DNA from: an uncultured Gemmatimonadaceae bacterium
GTDB taxonomy: Bacteria; Gemmatimonadota; Gemmatimonadetes; Gemmatimonadales; Gemmatimonadaceae
NCBI GenBank assembly: GCA_963761305.1
Contig: CAVXGK010000001.1
Coordinates: 1,056,001 to 1,120,000, forward strand
Length of the DNA: 64,000 nt
Reading direction: 5' to 3'
The notes under the pieces were generated by a model. The model made no database searches. It was not told the DNA's origin and was given only the letters and a program-made list of their open reading frames with translations. Below, one piece after another: positions 46,331-55,312 of the stretch. How positions within the stretch are numbered: the first letter of the stretch is position 1; each line of letters opens with the position of its first letter. Both the position numbers and the translations under genes were made by a program.

Positions 46331-48043
46331 CTACGGCGCGCCGACTCTCAGGACGATCGGCACGACCATGATGTCGCTCGTCCAGCGAGCGATGCCGCCT
46401 TCGCCGCGTGCGCCGTGGTGCGACGCACGAAACATCATCGGTTGATCGAGCGCGGCGCCGCAGACGACAAAGCTCCCGTCGGCTCCCGTTTCGCCGGAGC
46501 GGCGCACGGAACGCGCCAGCGTGTCGCCGGCGACCACCTGCTGCAACGTCTCCAGCTCCACGTGCGCGCCCGTGACGTGGGCGCCTGTCGTGTCGACCAC
46601 CAAACCGATCGCCACACCCATACCGGCGATGTACTTCCCGCCAGGGCAAACGGCGCGAAGCGCGTCGGCGCGCGGGTACATCCTGACGACGTCGGCGTCG
46701 ATGTCGCTCGTTGGACTTCGGTCGTCGGACACGCGTACAGCCTTCGCTGGAGTCTGGTTGATGCCGCCGGCGGCGAGAATGCTGTCCGCGGCGAAGAGTG
46801 TGAACAAACCGCCGCCCATCGGACGCGGCAGCCGGAACACGCCCATGCTGTCCGTCACCACTGTGTCGGGTAGGCCGCTCAGCCACACGCGCGCGCCCTC
46901 GATCACCTGGCCGTGCAGATCGGCCACGACCCCTTGGATCGAGGAGAGTCGCGGAGCCCAAGTCGTGCCGTCGGACCAGCTGACCCCGCGCGCCTCGGCG
47001 CCGAGCAGCTGGTAACCGAGCACGCGGAAACGGCTGCGCTGCGGGCGGGGCGGCAGGCTGTGGCGCACGCCTTCCGGCGAAACGCCGCTTTCGTCCGTGG
47101 CGATGATCGGCGAATGAATCGTCCAACGCACGACCATCGGCACGCCGGTCGGCATCAATTGGAAGAAAACGTTTCCGCCGATGCCGTCCCGCACTCTCTC
47201 CACGTTCGTGTACTCGAAGTCGAGCGTGCGCAAGTCCAGCGTCTTGGCGTCGAGCCACAGCGTTCCGTGAATGTCGACGAGGCTGTCCCGCTCGGGATCC
47301 ACCGGCTCGAAGCCGATCCCCACCTGGCCGGCATGCGGAGGATCGGCGGCGACGACGCGCAAGCAGTGCGACCCCGCGAACGCCGGGTCGAGCAACACCG
47401 ACTCATCGGGCGCGAAATATTCGCGCTCGCCGTCGGCGTGCTCGATCAGATATCCGTCCGCGTCGAACGCCGACGCCGAGCGAGCGGCCATGAACGGTTG
47501 ATCGCCGGTGAGGTCCTTGATCCAGGAGGTGTCGTCGACGACGCGCCGGCGCACAGGGTCGCGCTCGACCCGGAAATAACGAAGCCTGAGATTCGGCGGT
47601 CTCGCATCGCGCGCGACGACGCTCGCGAAGAATCCCGTGCGGGCCTGCTCCCACAGGTCGAGCGCCTGGGTGTTTCCGGTCTCGCCGGGGCAAACGCGCT
47701 TTCCCGAGCTCGTCACGACGGACAACTGCGACGCGATCTGGCGCATCCGCAGGTCGAGCCCATCGTCGCGGGCCGGAACGACCGCGTCGATCGGACGATA
47801 CCCGATGCGAACGACGTGCACGAGCTTCGACCCGTCGAACCGCGGCACGTCGAAATGCCCATCGCTCCCGACGATGCCGCGCGCGAGAAATTTTCCGGCC
47901 GAGTCGGAGATCGAGACGACTGCTCCGGGGATCGGTTCGTGCGTCGAGCTGTCCGTGAGCGTCCCGCGCAGGCGCTGGGCGAGCGCGGGACTCGTCGTCG
48001 CCAACAGGGCGATCGCGGCGGCAACGACGACCTGGCTACCCAC
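46331..48043 (-). CDS. Exported protein with carboxypeptidase-regulatory-like domains
   Basis: Signal peptide; LRGTLTD..PIPGAVV, RIGY.P and YFAPD..LL motifs; start 48043 or 48067. Confidence 0.8.
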   Translation of the reverse strand: MGSQVVVAAAIALLATTSPALAQRLRGTLTDSSTHEPIPGAVVSISDSAGKFLARGIVGSDGHFDVPRFDGSKLVHVVRIGYRPIDAVVPARDDGLDLRMRQIASQLSVVTSSGKRVCPGETGNTQALDLWEQARTGFFASVVARDARPPNLRLRYFRVERDPVRRRVVDDTSWIKDLTGDQPFMAARSASAFDADGYLIEHADGEREYFAPDESVLLDPAFAGSHCLRVVAADPPHAGQVGIGFEPVDPERDSLVDIHGTLWLDAKTLDLRTLDFEYTNVERVRDGIGGNVFFQLMPTGVPMVVRWTIHSPIIATDESGVSPEGVRHSLPPRPQRSRFRVLGYQLLGAEARGVSWSDGTTWAPRLSSIQGVVADLHGQVIEGARVWLSGLPDTVVTDSMGVFRLPRPMGGGLFTLFAADSILAAGGINQTPAKAVRVSDDRSPTSDIDADVVRMYPRADALRAVCPGGKYIAGMGVAIGLVVDTTGAHVTGAHVELETLQQVVAGDTLARSVRRSGETGADGSFVVCGAALDQPMMFRASHHGARGEGGIARWTSDIMVVPIVLRVGAP

Positions 48044-49301
48044 GGCCTGCCGCGATGGCGCGGACACCGTCGATCAAGCGATCGATTTCTTCTTCCGTCG
48101 TGTAGCACGCGCAGCCCGCGCGAACGAAGCCGCCGGCGCCGACCCCGTATCGCTCGGCGATCGTGGCCGCGTAAAAGTCGCCGTTCGACACGAACACGGC
48201 GCGGCGCGCCAGTCGCTCGGCCACATAGTCGGTCGAACGGCCTTGGAGCGTGAACGACAACGTCGGCATGCGCAGATGGCTCGGTTCGGGACCGTACAAG
48301 CGGACGCCATCTATATCCTGGAGCGAGTACCAGAGTTTCTCGAACAGCTTGGTGTTGCGCGCCTCGAGCGCGCGCAACGACTGCACCACGCCGTCGCGCC
48401 GAGAGGCTGCATTCACGGCGAGCGACGCGATGAAGTCCACCGCCGCCGCCGCGCCGACGATCGCCTCGTGATTCTGCGTGCCCGTCTCGAGGCGCTCGGG
48501 CGATTCCTGCGGCGCCGGCTCGAGCCGCGGCGCATCGAGCGCTTCGATCGCCGCACGCTTGCCCCAGAGCACGCCGATGTGCGGACCGTAAAATTTGTAC
48601 GCCGACATAGCGACGAAGTCGCAGTCGAAGAGCTTCACGTCTACGGCGCGGTGCGGCGCGTAGTGAACCGCGTCGACGAACACGCGCACGTTCGGCGACG
48701 CGGCGCGAGCGAGCCTGGACGCCTGGTTGATGCCGTTCATGGTGCCGAGCGCGTTCGATGCGGCGAAGACGGCGACCACCTTCGTCCGCGGGCTGAGCAG
48801 GCTCCGGTAGTGATCCCAGTCCAGCGTGCCGTCCTCGAGATTCATCCGCGCCATGTGAACGGTGACACCGCGCTCTTTTTCGAGCGCGCGCCACGGCGCG
48901 ACGTTGCCGTGGTGATCCAGCTCGGTGAGGACGATTTCGTCGCCCTTGCCCAGCTCGCGCCCGATGGCGCGCGCGAGGTGGAAGGTGAGCGTCGTCATGT
49001 TCTGGCCGAACACGATCTCGTCGGGGCGGCCGACCACGAAATCGGCGAGCGCCTCGCGCGAGCGCGCGATCAGCTCGTCGGTCTCTTCGCTCGACGGGTA
49101 GCGCCAGTGCGTGTTGGCGTTGTGATGGAAGAGATAGTCGTCCATCGCGGCGACGACCGAGCGCGGGACCTGCGTGCCGCCCGGTCCGTCGAAGTACGCG
49201 ACAGGGTTTCCAGCGTGCGTCCGCTCCAACGCCGGAAAATGCGAACGAATCTCGTCGACGCCCACGGCGCTGGCCGGGTCCAATCCGGCGACGGTCGTCA
49301 T
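48036..49301 (-). CDS. Cysteine desulfurase-like class V aminotransferase (VC1184 type)
   Basis: YFDGPGGTQVP, LDHHGN, DAVHYAPH, SAYKFYGPH and ETGT motifs. Confidence 0.92.
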   Translation of the reverse strand: MTTVAGLDPASAVGVDEIRSHFPALERTHAGNPVAYFDGPGGTQVPRSVVAAMDDYLFHHNANTHWRYPSSEETDELIARSREALADFVVGRPDEIVFGQNMTTLTFHLARAIGRELGKGDEIVLTELDHHGNVAPWRALEKERGVTVHMARMNLEDGTLDWDHYRSLLSPRTKVVAVFAASNALGTMNGINQASRLARAASPNVRVFVDAVHYAPHRAVDVKLFDCDFVAMSAYKFYGPHIGVLWGKRAAIEALDAPRLEPAPQESPERLETGTQNHEAIVGAAAAVDFIASLAVNAASRRDGVVQSLRALEARNTKLFEKLWYSLQDIDGVRLYGPEPSHLRMPTLSFTLQGRSTDYVAERLARRAVFVSNGDFYAATIAERYGVGAGGFVRAGCACYTTEEEIDRLIDGVRAIAAGRG

Positions 49302-50185
49302 GCGATCTCCACGCCGGCCCACTGCTCTACCATCTTCACGGCCTCCACATGGTCGGCGACCTCGCCGAATTCGCTGCGCGCGATTCGGAAAAGATCGGCG
49401 GTCAATTGAAGAATCGGCGCCGGCGTGCGCGTGTCGCGCGCGACTTCCGCCGCGATGCCGACGTCCTTCTCGAGCAACGCGAGCCGAAACGTTCTCGGAA
49501 ACGCGCGCGTGATCACGCGCTCGGGAATCAGATTCATCGACGCGTTGGAGCGCCCGCTCGACGCGTTGATCACGTCCAGCGCGACCTTGGGATCGACGCC
49601 CATTTTCACCAGCGCCGCGAGCCCCTCGGCGGCGGCGAGAATGTGCGTCGCGAGAAACGCGTTGTTCACCGCCTTCACCGCGTCGCCGGCGCCGACGTCT
49701 CCGCAGTGGACGATCTTCTGGCCGAACGTCTCGAGCACGGGTCTCGCTCGCTCGAGAACGGCGGGGTCGCCGCCGACCATGATGGTGAGCGTCCCCTTCT
49801 CCGCCCCGCTCGTGCCGCCGCTCACCGGCGCGTCGATGTAGCCGACGTTCTTCTGCGCGAGCGAGTCGTGAATTCGTCGCGACGTCGCGGGGTCGCCGGA
49901 GGTGCAGTCTACGAGAGTGGCTCCCGTCGCGAGGCCGGCCAGCAGTCCATCCGGGCCGTCGAGGAGGCTCGCTACGTCCTGCGAGGTCGGCATGCAGGTG
50001 ACGACGACGTCGGCACCGCGCACCGCGTCAGCGGGTGTAGACGCGTGTCGCGCACCGTGCTGCTTCGCGAAATCGGCCGCCTTCGACGTCGTACGATTCC
50101 AGACGGTGAGCGGGAGCCCGGACGCCGCCACCCGCGCCGCCATCGGCCGCCCGATTGCGCCGAGCCCCAGAAAGGCGATGTTCAT
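49298..50185 (-). CDS. 3-hydroxyisobutyrate dehydrogenase-family NAD(P)-dependent oxidoreductase
   Basis: FLGLGAIG, DAPVSGG, K.VNN and KD motifs. Confidence 0.93.
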   Translation of the reverse strand: MNIAFLGLGAIGRPMAARVAASGLPLTVWNRTTSKAADFAKQHGARHASTPADAVRGADVVVTCMPTSQDVASLLDGPDGLLAGLATGATLVDCTSGDPATSRRIHDSLAQKNVGYIDAPVSGGTSGAEKGTLTIMVGGDPAVLERARPVLETFGQKIVHCGDVGAGDAVKAVNNAFLATHILAAAEGLAALVKMGVDPKVALDVINASSGRSNASMNLIPERVITRAFPRTFRLALLEKDVGIAAEVARDTRTPAPILQLTADLFRIARSEFGEVADHVEAVKMVEQWAGVEIA

Positions 50186-50218
50186 CGCCAGAACTTATCA
50201 TGAGCGTATGTTTCTCGC

Positions 50219-50485
50219 ATGATCACGACCGTGAGCGTCGACGGGATGACGTGCCAACACTGCGTGCGGGCTGTGTTTACCTCCCTCGCCGCCGTGCCGG
50301 GGATCCACCGCGCGGACGTGTCCATCGGGGCGGCGTCGGTCGAGCACGACGGCACCGTCACCGTGGAACAGCTCAGGGAGGCGATCGCCGTGGCGGGGTA
50401 CGCCGTGAGGGGGGGACGGCCAGCAGGCGGGCGCTGCCGATCGCGTGAGCGGCTGACGGCTGACGGCGACGGCGGCGCGCACTGA
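50219..50485 (+). CDS. Heavy-metal-associated (HMA) domain protein; C-terminus may be frameshifted at a G7 tract
   Basis: GMTCQHC and AGY motifs. Confidence 0.85.
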   Translation: MITTVSVDGMTCQHCVRAVFTSLAAVPGIHRADVSIGAASVEHDGTVTVEQLREAIAVAGYAVRGGRPAGGRCRSRERLTADGDGGAH

Positions 50486-50682
50486 TAGTGATCGCTGCCG
50501 GGTTGAGACTCCAGGCGGCAGCAACAGCGACAGCAATCAGAAACGGCGAACGCGCCCTGATGGCGATCGGGGTTTGGGCGAGACTCCGGGCGGCAGCTTC
50601 AGCGACAGCAGCAGGAAACGGCGAGCGCGGACTGATGGCGATCGCTTTCTGGTGAGACTCCAGGCGGTAGCGTCGGCGACAG
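50474..50682. repeat. Left arm: about 2.8 tandem units of 74-75 bp
   Basis: GAGACTCC at 50505, 50580 and 50654, each followed by GGCGG(C/T)AGC..C(A/G)GCGACAG; CTGAT.G.GATCG precedes each. Confidence 0.9.
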
Positions 50683-50684
50683 GG

Positions 50685-51068
50685 TCAGGAATTGCGGTCG
50701 GAGTCGATGCGGGTCATGTAGCCGTGGAGTAAGCGGCCGACCTCGTCGCCATCGCGTAGAAGGGCGAGCACGGTCTCGGTCTTGAGCTTACCGCGCCGGC
50801 CGAGAATCTCGATCTGCGTTGCCGCCTCCCAGAGCGATCCGCGGGAGTGGCGCAGAAAGACGAGTTGCTCGGACGCCGGCCTGCGGTGGCCTTCCGCGAT
50901 GTTTGACGGCACTGACACCGCGCATCGCCGAAGCTGGGAGACGATTCCGGCGCCCGCGCGCGCCGACAGCGAATCGCACGCGTCGAGCACGTGAACCGCA
51001 AAGTCCATGGCTCGTTGCCACACGATCAACGAGCGATATCCGCGCCCATCAAACTCGCCGAGGTCCAT
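50685..51068 (-). CDS. Four-helix-bundle protein (23S rRNA IVS protein / Avd-like family)
   Basis: YRSL.VWQRAM, QLRR.AVSVPSNIAEG and RGSL.E motifs. Confidence 0.93.
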   Translation of the reverse strand: MDLGEFDGRGYRSLIVWQRAMDFAVHVLDACDSLSARAGAGIVSQLRRCAVSVPSNIAEGHRRPASEQLVFLRHSRGSLWEAATQIEILGRRGKLKTETVLALLRDGDEVGRLLHGYMTRIDSDRNS

Positions 51069-51131
51069 GGCCCGAGGCTAACGCGGCGCGCGGCCGCCTG
51101 CGCAACCATTTCCTTGCAGGCGGTAGGATTT

Positions 51132-51286
51132 TGTCGCCGTCTCCCTGATTGCTGTCGCTGCTGCTGCCGCCCCGAGTCTCGCCCCGCGGTGATCACTATC
51201 AGCCCACGCTCGCCGTGCACTGATTGCTGTCGCTTACGCTGACGCCTAGAGTCTCAGCCCCAAAGCGATCCCAATCAGTGCGCGCC
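51132..51286. repeat. Right arm: 2 tandem 75-bp units, inverted relative to the left arm
   Basis: GAGTCTC at 51174 and 51249; CTGATTGCTGTCGCT at 51145 and 51220; outer 13 bp perfectly complement 50474-50486. Confidence 0.9.
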
Positions 51287-51431
51287 CCGCGCCGGTGCGT
51301 CAGTGCGGACCCCACGCCGTTACCAAACGGTGATCCTCGAGCGAATCCCTCTCGGGAGGGTTGTCCCACCGCATCAACATCATCTATGTTGCCCGCGCCG
51401 ACCCGGTGAGGACCTACAGCGGAGAGTGGCC

Positions 51432-52874
51432 ATGACGCCACCGCAGAGAAGCCCGGAGGAGCGCCCGGTCGCGGCGCTCCTCGCGCCCGACATCATGGCG
51501 ATGCTCGCCGAGTCGCCCAGCGATATCGCCGCGGAGACCGAGGAGATTCACCCCGCCGACCTCGCGGACGTCGCCGACGCGCTCGATCGCGACCAGCTGC
51601 AGGCGTTCCTCGCTGCACTCGGCGGCGCGCGCGCCGCCGACGTGCTCGAGTACATGGACGAGGAGGCGAGGACCGAATTCCTCGAGGGCATCACGCCGCG
51701 ACAGGCCGCCGAGCTCGTCACGCAGATGAAGCCCGACGACCGCGCCGACGCGCTCGAGGAGATCAACGAAGAGCACGCCGAGGAAATCCTCTCGGAGATT
51801 CCGAGGGAAGCGCGGCGGGAAACGGAGCAGCTCCTCTCGTACGAGGCGGACAGCGCCGGCGGCTTGATGACCACCGAGTTCGTCTCGGTGTCGGCCGAGA
51901 TGACGGTGGAGATGGCGCTCGACCTCGTGCGCGCCGTCGCGCGATCCGGCAGAAAGGAGGCGGTCTACGCGATCTACACGACCGACGACAAGGGACGCCT
52001 CGTCGGTGTGATCTCGCTGCGCGAGCTGCTCGCCGCGCCAACCGGGGCGAAGATCGGCGACATAGCGTGGACGGAGGTGCAGAGCGTGCGGTCGGGCTCC
52101 GACCGCGAAGAGGTCGCGACGATGATTGCGAACTACGACCTCGTCGCCGTCCCCGTCGTGAGCGAGTCGGGCCACATGCTCGGCGTGATCACCGTCGACG
52201 ACGTGATCGACGCGATCCAGGAAGAGCAGACCGAAGACGTGCAGAAGTTCGGCGGTTTGGAGGCGCTCGACGAGCCGTACATGCAGATCGGGCTGTTCGC
52301 GATGATCAAGAAGCGCGCGGGTTGGCTCAGCGTCCTGCTCATCAGCGAGATGCTGACGACGACCGCGATGCAGCACTTCGACATCGAGCTGCAGAAAGTC
52401 GCGATGCTCGCGCTGTTCGTGCCGCTCGTCATGAGCTCAGGAGGCAACTCGGGGTCGCAGGCGACGTCGCTCGTCACGCGCGCGATGGCGCTGCGCGAGA
52501 TCGAGCTCAGAGACTGGTGGCGGGTCGCCTTCCGCGAACTGCCCGCGGGACTCAGCCTCGGCGCGATCCTCGGCGTGATTGGCGTCATCCGCATCTCGTT
52601 GTGGCAGTACCTGAGGACGAGCTATCCCTCATTCCCCGTCGGCTACAACTACGGACCGCATTGGCCGCTCATCGCGACGACGGTCGGTCTGTCGCTCATC
52701 GGCATCGTGACGTTCGGTTCGCTCGCCGGCTCGATGCTGCCGTTCGTTCTGCGACGCCTCGGGTTCGACCCCGCCAGCGCGTCGGCGCCATTCGTCGCGA
52801 CGCTCGTCGACGTCACGGGGCTCAGCATCTACTTCATGGTGGCGCTGATCGTCCTGCACGGGACGCTCTTGTAG
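51432..52874 (+). CDS. mgtE: Magnesium transporter MgtE
   Basis: HPADLAD, SAGGLMT CBS pair, GVITVDD, SGGNSGSQ and DPASASAPFVATLVD motifs. Confidence 0.96.
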   Translation: MTPPQRSPEERPVAALLAPDIMAMLAESPSDIAAETEEIHPADLADVADALDRDQLQAFLAALGGARAADVLEYMDEEARTEFLEGITPRQAAELVTQMKPDDRADALEEINEEHAEEILSEIPREARRETEQLLSYEADSAGGLMTTEFVSVSAEMTVEMALDLVRAVARSGRKEAVYAIYTTDDKGRLVGVISLRELLAAPTGAKIGDIAWTEVQSVRSGSDREEVATMIANYDLVAVPVVSESGHMLGVITVDDVIDAIQEEQTEDVQKFGGLEALDEPYMQIGLFAMIKKRAGWLSVLLISEMLTTTAMQHFDIELQKVAMLALFVPLVMSSGGNSGSQATSLVTRAMALREIELRDWWRVAFRELPAGLSLGAILGVIGVIRISLWQYLRTSYPSFPVGYNYGPHWPLIATTVGLSLIGIVTFGSLAGSMLPFVLRRLGFDPASASAPFVATLVDVTGLSIYFMVALIVLHGTLL

Positions 52875-53201
52875 CTGGACGTTGCACCGGGCGGACCGGG
52901 CTGTCGCGCCGGGCCGCGGTTCGACGTGACCCATTTCGCTGCGCGGTCAGTTTACCGACGACGCGACGGTGTCCGGCGTCGCGAGGGTGAAGTACGTCAG
53001 CGCGTTCGGTGATGGCACCCCATGCTGGTCGACGGGGACCACGACGTGGACGGCATCGCGAAACTGGTAAACTTTTTCCATCTGGACACGCTCCCTCCCC
53101 TGCCATATGGTCATGGGGCGCCTCATCTCCGAATTCGGGTGCCTGGTGTTCGGGACAGATCTCGATTCAGATGGTCACCCCATGCCCTCGTGGAGGTCCA
53201 G

Positions 53202-53591
53202 ATGGTCAAGCGTGTCGCGATGATCTTCGGAGTCGTCTTCATTCTCGTCGGCCTGCTCGGATTCGCGTATCCAGGCGGAATGAGTATGGGGGCGGCGAAT
53301 CCTGGCAGAATCCTCGGCTTGTTCCCGGTGAACTTGCTTCACAATCTCGTTCACATTCTGTTCGGCATCTGGGGTCTCATGGCCGCTCGCGCGTATTCGT
53401 CGGCGCAGGCCTTCTGCAAGCTCGGCGGATTCATTTACCTGTGCCTCGCACTGCTCGGTCTCGTCGAGCCGACCACGTTCGGCTTGATCCCGATCGGCGA
53501 GAACGATGTCTTCCTCCACACCGCGCTCGGCGTGCTGCTCGTGTGGGTCGGCTACGCGTCGAAGGACGAACCGGCTCCAGCGGCGGTGTGA
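53202..53591 (+). CDS. DUF4383-family membrane protein
   Basis: LGLFPVN.LHNLVH..G and FLH motifs; GGAGG RBS. Confidence 0.88.
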   Translation: MVKRVAMIFGVVFILVGLLGFAYPGGMSMGAANPGRILGLFPVNLLHNLVHILFGIWGLMAARAYSSAQAFCKLGGFIYLCLALLGLVEPTTFGLIPIGENDVFLHTALGVLLVWVGYASKDEPAPAAV

Positions 53592-53596
53592 GTCCG

Positions 53597-53764
53597 GGTG
53601 GACAGGTGGACAGGTGGACGGGTGGACAGGTGGACAGGTGGACAGGCACGGGAGATGTCCACCTGTTTGTTTTCGAGCTATCGGCTGTCAGCTATCGGCT
53701 GTCAGCTGTCATTAGCCGTCCACCCGTCCACCCGTCCACCCGTCCACCCGTCCACCCGTCCACC
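53597..53764. repeat. Inverted octamer arrays (GGTGGAC[A/G])6 and (CGTCCACC)6 around a heptamer array (RGCTRTC)5
   Basis: Arrays at 53597-53644, 53676-53710 and 53717-53764. Confidence 0.95.
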
Positions 53765-53768
53765 CCAT

Positions 53769-53978
53769 ATGGCCCACCTCAACCTCACCATCGAAGGAAT
53801 GTCCTGCGCTCACTGTCTACACGCGGTGCGCGGACGGCTCGAGCGGACGCCCGGCGTGGACGTGAAGTCCGTGCAAATCGGTTCGGCGGTTGTGGACTAC
53901 GACCCCGCCAAGACCAGCGTCGACGAGATCGAGGAAGCGATCGCCGACGAGGGCTACACGGCCTTCGTCGCTGGATAA
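53769..53978 (+). CDS. CopZ-like HMA metal chaperone
   Basis: IEGMSCAHC and EGY motifs. Confidence 0.92.
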   Translation: MAHLNLTIEGMSCAHCLHAVRGRLERTPGVDVKSVQIGSAVVDYDPAKTSVDEIEEAIADEGYTAFVAG

Positions 53979-54011
53979 GAGATTTCTGATCTCTGCGCTG
54001 CAATCGTCGCG

Positions 54012-54800
54012 TCAAACGGGACGCCGCAGCCGCACCTGTAGAAAGTCCGCCACCACACGCGCCCGCTCGAGGCGCGGCCGAGCCCGGATCGCCTCGTCGC
54101 TCGCGTAGGGTTCGCAGAGCCGCTCGATCGTGAATCCCGTGTCGAGCGCGAGATTGAGCCACCCGGACAACGTGCGCGTGAAGCGCGGCACCTTGAAGGG
54201 TTCGAGCGTCGCTTTCATCTCCGGCGGCGCCGAGCTGAAGAGCCACTGCTCGATGCGACCATCGACCTTGCCCCAGTAGTCGCCGACCTCGACGCCGATC
54301 TTCGTTCCGTGTTCGTCGCGCACCGTGCGACGAAAGGGCGTGTCGAAGCACGGGTGTGTGATCGAGAACTGAAAGAACCCGCCCGGCCGGATTACACGAA
54401 ACGACTCGGCCATCACGCGATCGAGCTCCGGGATGTCCATGAGCGACATGAATGCCGTCCCTCCGTCGAAGCTGGCGTCGTCGAACGGCAGCTCGACCGC
54501 GCTCGCGATCCGGTATTCGATCCCACGCGGCTCTCTCCGCTCCTCGGCGATCGCGTACTCGATGAATCGTTCCGCGATGTCGATCGCCACGACACGAGCG
54601 CCCCGCTCGGCGAGGAGACGCGTGTTGTACCCCTCGCCGCATCCGACGTCGAGTACGCGCCGCCCCGCGACGTCAGGCAGCAGCTCGAAGAACGCCGGCG
54701 TGTTCACGAAGTCGCGATAGATGTCGTACCCCGCCCGCGCGAGCCGCGTCCAAGCGTCGGCGTTGCCGTTCCAGTACTCGCCTACTTCGCGATGGTCCAT
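54012..54800 (-). CDS. Class I SAM-dependent methyltransferase
   Basis: VLDVGCGEG, LPF.D.SFD, RPGG and HP.F motifs. Confidence 0.92.
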   Translation of the reverse strand: MDHREVGEYWNGNADAWTRLARAGYDIYRDFVNTPAFFELLPDVAGRRVLDVGCGEGYNTRLLAERGARVVAIDIAERFIEYAIAEERREPRGIEYRIASAVELPFDDASFDGGTAFMSLMDIPELDRVMAESFRVIRPGGFFQFSITHPCFDTPFRRTVRDEHGTKIGVEVGDYWGKVDGRIEQWLFSSAPPEMKATLEPFKVPRFTRTLSGWLNLALDTGFTIERLCEPYASDEAIRARPRLERARVVADFLQVRLRRPV

Positions 54801-54910
54801 CGTCTCAGCCAGTTGGGATGGTGACCACTCCAACCCGATGTCGCCCGAAATCCGTCACTCGGTTGCCGGGATCTCCCGGAGAACAGCGCGATCGCGGACT
54901 CTCGCGAACG

Positions 54911-55213
54911 CTCGAGTCGGTATACGCCGCCGCGATGGCCGAGGAGCTGACCGGTCGAGGCCACCACGTCGAGCGCGAGGTGTTCGTCATTGTGTACTAC
55001 AAGGAGAAGCCCATCGGCCGACAACGCGTGGACATAGTCGTCGACAAGACCGTCGTCCTCGAAATCAAAGCCACCGAGGTTCTATCCCGTTTTTCGTTCC
55101 GGCAAATGCTCAGCTACCTCACGGTCACGCGGCTTCCGATCGGACTGATTCTGCACTTTGGCCCACGGGCGCGTTTCTTTCGCATGGTCTCGTCGAGACG
55201 GCGCCCGAGTTGA
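54911..55213 (+). pseudogene. GxxExxY-family (PD-(D/E)xK-like) protein lacking its N-terminus
   Basis: LESVY...EL, R.DIVVD..V.LEIKA, Q..SYL and GLILHFG motifs; the N-terminal helix and the Gly of GxxExxY are missing. Confidence 0.8.
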
Positions 55214-55226
55214 ACCCACAAGAAAC

Positions 55227-55266
55227 ATCCGCGTTCCTCCGCGTATATCCGCGCCCATCCGCGATC
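55227..55266. repeat. 4x 10-bp tandem repeat (ATCCGCGnnn)
   Basis: atccgcgttc ctccgcgtat atccgcgccc atccgcgatc; partial inverted remnant at 54886-54898. Confidence 0.85.
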
Positions 55267-55312
55267 GTGCGGTGCCTTTGCCCAGCCCTTGCCTCGCCAT
55301 AGGGCGGGCAGC

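Noticed and set aside
50474..51286. CRISPR array or diversity-generating retroelement
   Set aside because: Units are degenerate tandem copies without unique spacers; no cas genes, reverse transcriptase or template/variable repeat pair in the window.
51390..51431. M-box (ykoK) riboswitch, suggested by GGTGAGG
   Set aside because: The motif is only about 20 nt from the start codon, leaving no room for the aptamer.
53598..53768. N-terminal repeat extension of CopZ
   Set aside because: Translation of 8- and 7-mer DNA repeats; the HMA domain starts at 53769.
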